This document shows positions 9,255-17,867 of a stretch of DNA of 50,655 nt, piece by piece. Under the pieces are notes generated by a model, which was not told the DNA's origin, made no database searches, and saw nothing but the letters and a program-made list of their open reading frames with translations. The DNA is from Vicingaceae bacterium (GTDB taxonomy: Bacteria; Bacteroidota; Bacteroidia; Flavobacteriales_E; Vicingaceae), in assembly GCA_029251425.1 (NCBI GenBank), contig JAQXDJ010000072.1:1-50655 (forward strand), written 5' to 3'. The translations under genes were made by a program, and so were the position numbers. Numbering within the stretch: the first letter of the stretch is position 1; each line of letters begins with the position of its first letter.

Positions 9255-10334
9255 ATGAATCTTAAAGACGAATACAACAAAGCGTTTATTGAAGAATTGA
9301 GCAGAAAACTAAAATTCGTTTCAACCGATTTTGACACGAACTCTTTTAACCAATCTATTATAAACAGTGATTGGGAGCATCGAGAATTAAAAGACAGAAT
9401 GCGTTTTATCACCACAAACATAAATACTCACCTCAACTTTTCATACCCTAAACAAATTAAAATACTAAGTAAAGTTGTTGCAGATTATCGAGGTTTAAAA
9501 GGAATGGTATTTCCTGATTTTGTTCAGGTTTATGGTTTAAATGATTTAAATACTTCATTAAAGGCGATGGAGTTATTTACGCAATACTCTACTGCAGAAT
9601 TTGCAATTCGTCCGTTTATTGAAAAATACCCAAAAGAAACCATGCTACAAATGTTAGCTTGGAGCACGTACAAAAACGAACACCTTAGAAGATTAGCAAG
9701 TGAAGGTTGCAGACCACGATTACCTTGGGCATCACCTTTAAGAAATTTTATTGCTAATCCCAATCCTGCACTGCCAATTTTAGAAAACTTAAAAAATGAT
9801 AGTTCACTTTACGTGAGAAAAAGTGTTGCCAATCATCTTAATGATATCTCTAAAGATCATCCAAACTTAGTTTTAAAGATGACTAAGAGTTGGTATGGAG
9901 AAAAAACACATACCAATTGGATTGTGAAACACGCTTTAAGAACATTGCTTAAAAAAGGAGATAAAAAAGCCTTAGCTATTTTTGGATTAGACAACTCAAA
10001 AAATCTTGAAACAACCAACCTTACACTATCACAAAACAATATAAAAATTGGAGAGTACATCCATTTTGAATTTGATGTACTGAACAACTCCAAAAAAACA
10101 CGAAACATTCGTTTAGAATATAAAATAGCCTTTGTAAAAGCAAATGGAAGTGCTTCTAACAAAGTTTTTCAATTGTCTGAATTTAGTTTGAAAGCGAATA
10201 ACCAAAAACACTTTAAACGCAAGCAGTGGTTTAAGGAACTAACTACAAGAAAACACTACCCTGGAGAACATAAAATTACTTTAGTAATTAATGGTGATGA
10301 GAAAAGTAAAATTGGATTAATACTAAGTAGTTAA
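9255..10334 (+). CDS. DNA alkylation repair protein (HEAT-like repeat AlkC/AlkD/YhaZ family) with a C-terminal beta-sandwich-like domain
   Basis: 359 aa. RRLASEGCRPRLPWASPL and YVRKSVANHLNDISKDHP are the conserved core I recognise from the DNA_alkylation family. The last ~100 aa show an alternating beta-strand pattern. Confidence 0.6.
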   Translation: MNLKDEYNKAFIEELSRKLKFVSTDFDTNSFNQSIINSDWEHRELKDRMRFITTNINTHLNFSYPKQIKILSKVVADYRGLKGMVFPDFVQVYGLNDLNTSLKAMELFTQYSTAEFAIRPFIEKYPKETMLQMLAWSTYKNEHLRRLASEGCRPRLPWASPLRNFIANPNPALPILENLKNDSSLYVRKSVANHLNDISKDHPNLVLKMTKSWYGEKTHTNWIVKHALRTLLKKGDKKALAIFGLDNSKNLETTNLTLSQNNIKIGEYIHFEFDVLNNSKKTRNIRLEYKIAFVKANGSASNKVFQLSEFSLKANNQKHFKRKQWFKELTTRKHYPGEHKITLVINGDEKSKIGLILSS

Positions 10335-10471
10335 ACTTGACTTTCTCATTAAAAAAGGCTACCTTCGTTTAACAACAAGTTTTATATCACATTAAAACGT
10401 GACATAGAACAGCGTTGGCAAACATTCTTCGCTTATTTTCTTTTTTGTATTATTAGTACTTTCGCTAAACC

Positions 10472-12208
10472 TTGAAAAAACTTCTATTCATATTACTCTT
10501 TAGTCCACTACTTGTTATTGGACAATCAAATTACGACTCTCTATTTGTAGAATACTCCAATTCCAAAACTGATACTGGCAAAATGGAACTCGCCTATAAA
10601 TTGGGTGTACATTTTCATTACTTAAACTTAGACTCTGCTCAACACTATTTTGGTAGTATGTTGGCGATAGCCCAAAAAAAAGGAGATTTAAAAAAGGAAT
10701 CGCTTGCCATGTCGAGTTTAGGAATTATTGATTTGGGTAGAGGAGACTTTGAAATGGCCTTGAAAAAAAATTTAAAAAGCCTTGAAATTAGTAGTGGTAT
10801 TAATGATGCTTATGGAGTTGCACGTGCAAATATAAACTTAGGTATTGCAAATATGAATATGGGGCGATATCAAACTTCAATGGGGTATTTTATACAGTCT
10901 GTGAAAATTACAGAAGCTAAACTTTCAAAAAACCCAGAGAATGAAGCCGATTTACTCAGTTTGTCTCGAAGTTATGGTAACATAGGAAACCTGCATGCTT
11001 ATTTAGGAGAAAATGGTTCGGGAGAAGCCTCTAGAGTCGAATATGAAAAAGCCATTGCAATTTTAAAAAAATCTATACCATTAAAAGACAAATTAATTTC
11101 ATCAACTGACCCATCCATGCAATCTGCAGGAGGAAAAGACAAAAGCATCACCTATTCCAATCTTGGTGAGATATATTATTTGTTGCAAGAATATGATAGT
11201 GCGATGAAATATACAGATGCAGCTATGGCGTTGTATAAGGAATTTGATTATCCAACAGGAATCCCTTTTTGTTTATCTAATCTTGGGAAAATAAATGCAG
11301 CAAAAGAGTATTACGGGAAAAGTATAGCCAATTTTAAGGAGGCAATAGAGACATTTGATAAGTTAGGGTTTTCAGCCCAGTTAGGAGAGTCATATGGATC
11401 TCTTGCAAGTGTTTATAGGGATTATGCAAATACCGAAACAACAACTAAAAACAATAAAACTACCTACTTAAAAGAAGCTTTGTTTTTTGGTTTAAAAGGC
11501 TACGCACTATCAATTGAAAATACCTCAGTTTCTACACAAAAAAATATCGCATTAACTTTAAAAGAAATATATGAGATTCTCGGAAATGAAAAAGAAGCTT
11601 TAAAATTCGCCAATATTTACATGGCTGTAAACGACAGTTTATTTTCTAATAATAAAATACGCGCGCTAGAAGATCTAGAGGCAAAATATCAAAACGAGCT
11701 AAACCAAAGTAAACTAGAAAGGCAAACTTTAGAACTCGAAAAAAAGGCATTAATTATTGCAAAAAAAGAAAAAGAAAACATGTTATGGATATGTGCTTTT
11801 ATTGCAATTTTATTATTGGCAGCTATTGTTGTTAGACAAAAATATGCAAAAAGTATTCAAGAAAGAGAAGCTCATATAAATGAAATAAACTTACTTAAAC
11901 AAAGGGTAATGGCTAAAATAATTGCCGAAAAAAGAGCTATAAATGAAGATAGCTTGATTATGCTTGATAAAGCCAAAATTGAAGCTACCATAGATGGAAA
12001 TTTAAATGAAACCGATTGGAAAATTCTAAACTTATGTTATCAAAACCCTGTAATTTCTAATAAAGAGCTGGCAGATCAAGTTTTACGAAGTTTAGATGGA
12101 ACCAGCTCTTCGCTACGAAAAATGTATCGACTATTTGATATACAAGGTGTGAAAAATAAAAAAGTAGCTCTTGTAATGCTCGCCACTAAAATTTCAAATG
12201 ACATATAG
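10472..12208 (+). CDS. Transmembrane one-component regulator: periplasmic TPR array, coiled coil, TM helix, cytoplasmic LuxR/GerE-like HTH
   Basis: 578 aa with a TTG start. Signal peptide, repeated TPR-like units (LGIIDLGRGDFEMAL, LGIANMNMGRYQTSM, LGEIYYLLQEYDSAM, and others). TM helix MLWICAFIAILLLAAIVV. C-terminal WKILNLCYQNPVISNKELADQV...KMYRLFDIQGVKNKKVALVMLA resembles LuxR-type HTH. Confidence 0.6.
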   Translation: MKKLLFILLFSPLLVIGQSNYDSLFVEYSNSKTDTGKMELAYKLGVHFHYLNLDSAQHYFGSMLAIAQKKGDLKKESLAMSSLGIIDLGRGDFEMALKKNLKSLEISSGINDAYGVARANINLGIANMNMGRYQTSMGYFIQSVKITEAKLSKNPENEADLLSLSRSYGNIGNLHAYLGENGSGEASRVEYEKAIAILKKSIPLKDKLISSTDPSMQSAGGKDKSITYSNLGEIYYLLQEYDSAMKYTDAAMALYKEFDYPTGIPFCLSNLGKINAAKEYYGKSIANFKEAIETFDKLGFSAQLGESYGSLASVYRDYANTETTTKNNKTTYLKEALFFGLKGYALSIENTSVSTQKNIALTLKEIYEILGNEKEALKFANIYMAVNDSLFSNNKIRALEDLEAKYQNELNQSKLERQTLELEKKALIIAKKEKENMLWICAFIAILLLAAIVVRQKYAKSIQEREAHINEINLLKQRVMAKIIAEKRAINEDSLIMLDKAKIEATIDGNLNETDWKILNLCYQNPVISNKELADQVLRSLDGTSSSLRKMYRLFDIQGVKNKKVALVMLATKISNDI

Positions 12209-12264
12209 ATTAAGATAATTTTATTCGCAGTTAAACAAGCACATTTTATTCATACTTCCCTAAT

Positions 12265-12290
12265 AGAGCTAATTAAACAGCTCTTTTTTT
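12265..12290 (+). terminator. Rho-independent terminator after the TPR regulator
   Basis: AGAGCT (12265-12270) / AGCTCT (12279-12284) stem followed by a T-run. Confidence 0.55.
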
Positions 12291-12455
12291 GTCTGTTAGA
12301 ATTACAACAGCAACACATAACAATCACACCGTCAGTGGTTTAGTCGTTTTTAGTTTTCACGCCTAGGCGAAAAAAATGTAGAATCACAACTAGGAGTGGT
12401 ACATAATAGAGTTATTGATATCATATTTGTGTTCATAAGGTAATCACTAAAAAAA

Positions 12456-13667
12456 ATGAACATGAAATCAATACTCATAATCGCAATTTCATTTAGTAGC
12501 ATATTTTCATTTGGACAAACAAACTTAATACCTAATCCTGGTTTTGATAATTTTGCATCCTGTCCTACTAACATACATCAAGCTTATTTGCTAGATGATT
12601 GGTTTTATGTGCCTAGCCATTTTGGCACACCAGATTTATATGCAACATGCGGGGCAGCTGTAGTGAGCGTCCCAACTCATACAACTGGAACTCAGAACCC
12701 CCGAAGCGGAACTGCTTATGCTGGGCTTGTGGTCTACCCAAGCTCGTCTAGTCCTAACTACCGAGAATATTTACAAGTAAAGTTAACCTCTCCATTGGTT
12801 GCGGGTGAATCCTATGATGTATCGGCATGGGTTAACTTGAGAGATAATATCCTTAAAACATGTGATGGCTTTGGTTTTCATTTAACGACCTCAATAATTT
12901 CGAACGGTTCCACCTCTAGTGCATTTTCAATTTCTCCTTCTTTAGATAATACGACAACGATAGATAATCAAGCAGACTGGGTTCAAATTGGTGGGGTTTA
13001 TATTGCAACTGGGGGTGAAGAATACCTAACTATTGGTAATTTTAGGGATGACGCCAATACCAATCATAACTTTTTCTTTGGCTCGTCATATATATTTGTA
13101 GAAGATGTTTCTGTTGCTCTTGCTACTCCGCTGCCTGTAAAGTTAACTTATTTTGATGCGAATTGTCAAAATGACAATCCCAAACTATCTTGGGTAACTA
13201 GTTCTGAAATTAACAACGATTATTTTACGATTGAAAAAAGTGATGATGCAGTTAACTTTGAAGCTATAGCAACTGTAGAAGGGAATGGAAACAGTAGTAT
13301 TATAAATAACTACACTTGGACAGATGACTCTCCAATTAATGGAACAATATATTACCGTTTAAAACAAACAGACTTTAATGGAGCTTTTGAATACCTCGGA
13401 ATAAGAACTGTTACTTGTGAGCAAGCTACCGATATTAGTATTTATCCTAATCCGTTTGAAAACAGTTTTACCGTTCAGCTTTCAGACAACACCACTTACC
13501 CAATTACAATAGAAGTAATAGATTACTTGGGGAGAAAAGTGTATGAACAACAAGTGGAGACTACGATTACTGAAATTGAGTTAAACAATCTTCCGGCAGG
13601 AACTTATTTTATCAGAACATTTAACGAAACAACTCAAGTAGTTGAACGAATTGTTAAAACAAAGTAA
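12456..13667 (+). CDS. Secreted protein with T9SS type A C-terminal sorting domain
   Basis: 403 aa. Signal peptide and an N-terminal NLIPNPGFDNFASCP jelly-roll-like domain. Middle LTYFDA...LSWVTSSEINNDYFTIEKSDD...YYRLKQTDFNG module. C-terminal ISIYPNPFENSFTVQ...LPAGTYFIRTFN matches the Por secretion tail. Confidence 0.8.
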   Translation: MNMKSILIIAISFSSIFSFGQTNLIPNPGFDNFASCPTNIHQAYLLDDWFYVPSHFGTPDLYATCGAAVVSVPTHTTGTQNPRSGTAYAGLVVYPSSSSPNYREYLQVKLTSPLVAGESYDVSAWVNLRDNILKTCDGFGFHLTTSIISNGSTSSAFSISPSLDNTTTIDNQADWVQIGGVYIATGGEEYLTIGNFRDDANTNHNFFFGSSYIFVEDVSVALATPLPVKLTYFDANCQNDNPKLSWVTSSEINNDYFTIEKSDDAVNFEAIATVEGNGNSSIINNYTWTDDSPINGTIYYRLKQTDFNGAFEYLGIRTVTCEQATDISIYPNPFENSFTVQLSDNTTYPITIEVIDYLGRKVYEQQVETTITEIELNNLPAGTYFIRTFNETTQVVERIVKTK

Positions 13668-13668
13668 T

Positions 13669-13815
13669 ATGGAAAAAGTCATTAAAACAATTTATACCGC
13701 CTTTTATCAAAAAACAACTGGGATAAGTTATAGGGAGCAGGTAATGGTCACTCTAATCACCATTGGTTTTATGTTGGCCATTATGATTCCATTATTAGGT
13801 CTCTTATTTTTGTAA
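13669..13815 (+). CDS. Possible 48-aa membrane micro-protein
   Basis: Not in the track. The ATG lies 1 nt after the upstream TAA. Translation is MEKVIKTIYTAFYQKTTGISYREQVMVTLITIGFMLAIMIPLLGLLFL, with one clear hydrophobic helix. There is no other support. Confidence 0.25.
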   Translation: MEKVIKTIYTAFYQKTTGISYREQVMVTLITIGFMLAIMIPLLGLLFL

Positions 13816-13983
13816 TAAAATAGGATATATTTTCTTTTAAACCTTATCAGACTATACTAAGAAGAAGATTAAACGATTTGCCAACAGTTTCTATATTTCA
13901 TTATGTTGGTTGATTACTGTACATTTGGTTTCAACAAAACGAAAACATAGAGTTATCGTTAAACGAAATCCTCAAAAAGAACT

Positions 13984-14613
13984 TTAACCATTAATAGCTT
14001 CTACTTCTTTTACCTCTGGAAGCATGCTTTTTAATAAAGATTCTATCCCGCCTTTTAAAGTGGCAGTAGATGAAGGACAACCACTACAAGCTCCTTTTAA
14101 TACTACTTTTACAATACCTGCATCAAAAGAATGAAACTCTATTGCTCCACCATCACTTTCTACTGCTGGCTTAATGTATTCATCTAGAATCTCAACAATT
14201 TTTTTATCAAAATCAGTTAAATCTGCACTTGGAGTTGCAGTTGCTGAATCTCCATCAGAACTTACTGAAATAGCTTCTGGTTCAGCAGTTAAAAATTCAG
14301 CACGAATAATTTCATTTCCTTCAGTGTTCAAAAATTCAGAAATAAAATCTCTCAATTCTATCATTATATCTTGCCACTCAATAGCTTCACTCTTTGTAAT
14401 CGTAACAAAATTACCTGCTATAAACACACCATTTACAAATGGAAAATTGAATAACGCTTCTGCCAAAGGTGAAGGGCTCCCAACACGCTCATTTGCCAAA
14501 ACCTCATAAGATCTATCATTCGTTACTAACCATCTGTTTGCAACAAATTTCATAGTATTAGGGTTCGGAGTCATTTCCGCATACATTGTGTAAGGTGCTA
14601 TATTCTTTTCCAT
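13984..14613 (-). CDS. nfuA: Fe-S cluster biogenesis protein, Nfu/NifU N-terminal domain + NifU C-terminal domain
   Basis: 209 aa. TPNPNTMKF N-terminal scaffold motif and the C-terminal GACSGCPSS CxxC motif. Confidence 0.8.
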   Translation of the reverse strand: MEKNIAPYTMYAEMTPNPNTMKFVANRWLVTNDRSYEVLANERVGSPSPLAEALFNFPFVNGVFIAGNFVTITKSEAIEWQDIMIELRDFISEFLNTEGNEIIRAEFLTAEPEAISVSSDGDSATATPSADLTDFDKKIVEILDEYIKPAVESDGGAIEFHSFDAGIVKVVLKGACSGCPSSTATLKGGIESLLKSMLPEVKEVEAING

Positions 14614-14633
14614 GATATTTCTTTTTTGTAATT

Positions 14634-15626
14634 CTATTCGTTATTAATACTCTTCCATAATAAATCTTTTAACTCCATAAGCCCTTGCTGAGCTACTGAG
14701 GATATAAAAAGATGTGGTAGAGTAGAAATTTCTTTTGATATTTCTACTTTTAACTCATCATCTAACATATCAGATTTTGAGATAGCTAATATTCTATCTT
14801 TATCTAACAATTCAGGATTGAACTGTCTTAATTCATTTAATAATGTTTCGTATTCTTTTGCAATATTATCACTATCTGCTGGCACTAAAAACAATAAAAC
14901 TGAATTACGTTCAATGTGTCTTAAAAAACGTAATCCCAACCCTTTACCTTCGTGTGCCCCTTCAATAATTCCAGGAATATCTGCCATTACAAAAGATTTA
15001 TGATCTCTATAGCCAACAATTCCTAAATTAGGAACTAACGTTGTAAAAGGATAGTTTGCAATTTCTGGCTTAGCAGCAGAAACAACTGATAATAAGGTAG
15101 ATTTTCCGGCATTAGGAAATCCAACCAAACCTACATCAGCTAAAACTTTTAACTCTAGTATTCGCCATGCTTCCTCATAATCTTCACCTGGCTGTGCATA
15201 TCTTGGCGCTTGATTGGTAGAGTTTTTAAAATGGTTATTTCCTAAACCACCTCTTCCACCTTTAGCTAAAATTTGCTGCTCACCATCTTCAGTAATCTCA
15301 AATAAAGTTTCTCCGGTTTCTGCATCTTTAGCAACTGTACCCAATGGCACTTGTATATAAACATCATCTCCTTCTGCACCAGTACTTGTACTTCCGCTTC
15401 CTCCAGCTCCGTGTCCAGCTTTAATATGTCTTTGATGCTTTAAATGTAACAGCGTCCACATTTGAGCATTTCCTTGTATAATAACATGGCCACCTCTTCC
15501 ACCATCACCACCATCAGGACCACCCTGCGCAATGTATTTTTCTCTTCTGAAATGTTTAGAACCTGCTCCTCCTTTACCAGAACGACAGTGTATTTTTACG
15601 TAATCTATAAAATTAGAGCCAGCCAT
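14634..15626 (-). CDS. obg: GTPase Obg/CgtA
   Basis: 330 aa. Gly-rich Obg fold (GGDGGRGG) and G-domain motifs GFPNAGKST and DIPGIIEGA. Confidence 0.95.
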   Translation of the reverse strand: MAGSNFIDYVKIHCRSGKGGAGSKHFRREKYIAQGGPDGGDGGRGGHVIIQGNAQMWTLLHLKHQRHIKAGHGAGGSGSTSTGAEGDDVYIQVPLGTVAKDAETGETLFEITEDGEQQILAKGGRGGLGNNHFKNSTNQAPRYAQPGEDYEEAWRILELKVLADVGLVGFPNAGKSTLLSVVSAAKPEIANYPFTTLVPNLGIVGYRDHKSFVMADIPGIIEGAHEGKGLGLRFLRHIERNSVLLFLVPADSDNIAKEYETLLNELRQFNPELLDKDRILAISKSDMLDDELKVEISKEISTLPHLFISSVAQQGLMELKDLLWKSINNE

Positions 15627-15651
15627 TCCTTATCTTAAATGTGAGAATTGC

Positions 15652-16236
15652 TTAAAGAGCAATTTTATGGTTATCGATTGCGTTAGAAAGTCTTTCAAAA
15701 ATATCGCCAATAGATCCTATTCCATCAATTTTTTCAAACTTATTTTGTGCGCTATAAAAGTCGGCAACAACTGCAGTTTGGTTATTGTAAACCTTAATTC
15801 TGTTTGCAATCACTTCCTCATTAGCATCATCAGCTCTTCCGCTATCTTTCCCTCTAAGTAATAATCTTTTAATTAATTCTTCTTCAGAAACAGCCAAAGC
15901 TAACATTACAGATATTGAAGTGTTTTTACCTTGTAAAAATACTTCTAGCGCATTTGCTTGAGGAGTTGTTCTAGGAAAACCGTCAAAAATAAATCCTTCT
16001 GCATTTGGATTCTTATCTACTTCAGACTCTAACATTTTAATTGTTACTTCGTCAGGAACTAAGTTACCACCATCAATATAGGTTTTAGCTAATTTTCCTA
16101 ATTCTGTTTCACCCTTAATATTAGCTCTAAAAATATCTCCAGTAGATAAATGAACTAGATTATATTTACTAACTAACTTCTCTGCTTGTGTTCCTTTTCC
16201 TGCCCCAGGAGGGCCAAACAATACAATGTTTAACAT
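15652..16236 (-). CDS. adk: Adenylate kinase
   Basis: 194 aa. P-loop GPPGAGKGTQ, LSTGDIFR and DGFPRT motifs. Confidence 0.95.
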   Translation of the reverse strand: MLNIVLFGPPGAGKGTQAEKLVSKYNLVHLSTGDIFRANIKGETELGKLAKTYIDGGNLVPDEVTIKMLESEVDKNPNAEGFIFDGFPRTTPQANALEVFLQGKNTSISVMLALAVSEEELIKRLLLRGKDSGRADDANEEVIANRIKVYNNQTAVVADFYSAQNKFEKIDGIGSIGDIFERLSNAIDNHKIAL

Positions 16237-16242
16237 CTTATT

Positions 16243-16797
16243 CTATTCGTTTAATACGTATATTGAACTTAAATTTCTTCCTAATCCATCATAATCTAAA
16301 CCATACCCTAAAACAAATGCGTTTGGAATTTCTAATCCTACATAATCAATCGGGTGATCTTTTTTATAAGCTTCTGGCTTATACAATAAGGTTGCTATTT
16401 TAATACTTTTAGGATTTCCTTTTGAAAGAATCTCATGTAATTTTACAAGTGTATTTCCTGTATCTACAATATCTTCCACAATAATTACATCTCTCCCTTC
16501 TATTGATTCACTTAAACCAATCAGTTCATTAACTTTTCCGGTGGTACTTGTTCCTTCGTATGAAGCTAACTTTACAAATGATACTTTACATTCTAAATCA
16601 ACTGATTTTAATAAATCAGCAAAAAACATAAAAGATCCATTTAATACACCTAAAAAAAGAGGTTCAGAACCTTTATAATCAGCATTGATTTGTATAGCTA
16701 CATTCTTTATTGAGGCTTGAAGATCCTCTTCAGAAATGTATGGTTTAAATGACTTGTCTTTGACTGTAATTATTTCCATATCCATAATTCGTGACAA
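16243..16797 (-). CDS. hpt: Hypoxanthine(-guanine) phosphoribosyltransferase
   Basis: 184 aa. PRPP-binding VIIVEDIVDTGNT and the C-terminal GYGLDY motif. Confidence 0.9.
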   Translation of the reverse strand: MSRIMDMEIITVKDKSFKPYISEEDLQASIKNVAIQINADYKGSEPLFLGVLNGSFMFFADLLKSVDLECKVSFVKLASYEGTSTTGKVNELIGLSESIEGRDVIIVEDIVDTGNTLVKLHEILSKGNPKSIKIATLLYKPEAYKKDHPIDYVGLEIPNAFVLGYGLDYDGLGRNLSSIYVLNE

Positions 16798-16811
16798 ATG
16801 TAATTAATTTA

Positions 16812-17867
16812 TCACCTAAAGGAAGCTCTTTGGAGTGCTTTATTTTGATGAATATATCGAATAGAAAACTCTATTCCGTTTGCTCCACCCGCTGATTTAG
16901 CCAAATCTGAATTGCTATAATCATAAGAAAATCCAATCATGTAATCTGTAAATTCCAAATAGATTTCAGGTATAATTGCATCTCCAACTCTGTAGTGTGC
17001 GCCAAAATAAATTGCAGCCTCTTTAAACATTCCTGAATATTTAGTTTCATGTCCTCTCCTAAATTTCAATAACATTCCTGGAGTAATCTCTTTTGAACTT
17101 GCCTGTGTTGCGTAAAAAACAGAAGGAACAAGAGATAATGGCACAAGCCCTAAGTCAAAAGTTCCAGAAAACTGCGCAACAATTTTCATAGGTAAATTAT
17201 CGGTTGTAAAAGCCAAAAATTCCTGAGCTGGTTCATTTAAATGATAACCTGCTACACCGACATTAAAGCTAGAAACATCTGAACTTAAAAATGATGTACC
17301 TTCAGTTTTAAATTCGTAAAAAACACCTGCTCCTAAATCTAAATATTGTGATGATCTTAACCCGTAAAGTTCGTTTGTTGCTAGCTGTGTATCAAATGCT
17401 AAACCATTATATTGATTACCCCAAGTTAAGGAACTTAAATTAACTGAATTTTGCCCTAATCCTGTTTGAATTCCTAAAGAAAATTTGTGTTGTTCCGAAA
17501 TTGGTAAAATTCCTGACACAGAAATACTTGTTTGTGAAGACCCAAAGTTTGAAGTGCCTGCCACATCATTATAAAAGTTCAACCCTAGCCCTAAATAAGC
17601 TCCTTGATTCCTTCTTCTTCCTTTCTTAAATCTAAGTGGCGCATCAAACGAAGCTGCATAAGTTCTAAAACCTTTACCTATTCCTGTCCATTGTGTTCTG
17701 TAGTTTAAAAATGCTCTAACATTACCTTCAAAAACACCGGTAGCTGCTGGATTAATTAATTGGGGGGTTTGTCCAAATTGAGAAAAATGAACATCTTGAG
17801 CAACTACTTTCATTGAAATAAATCCAACAAAAAGTAATACACTTCCTATTAATTTTATCTCTCGCAT
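16812..17867 (-). CDS. PorP/SprF family type IX secretion system membrane protein
   Basis: 351 aa. Signal peptide then the QDVHFSQFGQTPQLINPAATG signature of PorP/SprF, with a beta-barrel-like alternating pattern. Its start codon overlaps the upstream stop (TAATG). Confidence 0.85.
   Translation of the reverse strand: MREIKLIGSVLLFVGFISMKVVAQDVHFSQFGQTPQLINPAATGVFEGNVRAFLNYRTQWTGIGKGFRTYAASFDAPLRFKKGRRRNQGAYLGLGLNFYNDVAGTSNFGSSQTSISVSGILPISEQHKFSLGIQTGLGQNSVNLSSLTWGNQYNGLAFDTQLATNELYGLRSSQYLDLGAGVFYEFKTEGTSFLSSDVSSFNVGVAGYHLNEPAQEFLAFTTDNLPMKIVAQFSGTFDLGLVPLSLVPSVFYATQASSKEITPGMLLKFRRGHETKYSGMFKEAAIYFGAHYRVGDAIIPEIYLEFTDYMIGFSYDYSNSDLAKSAGGANGIEFSIRYIHQNKALQRASFR

Noticed and set aside
12560-13150. 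The N-terminal half of the T9SS cargo gene looks more G+C-rich than flanking DNA, which could suggest horizontal acquisition.
   Set aside because: I cannot compute windowed GC or codon statistics reliably by eye. The region encodes a Gly/Ala/Pro/Ser/Thr-rich domain, which alone raises GC. There are no flanking mobility genes or repeats. It is mentioned only as context in the regulator finding.
13816-13983. A 168-nt non-coding gap between the micro-ORF and nfuA contains an inverted repeat, CCAACA...TGTTGG (about 13881-13909).
   Set aside because: The stem is only 6 bp, the loop is 17 nt and there is no T-run. That is not convincing as a terminator or a structured RNA.
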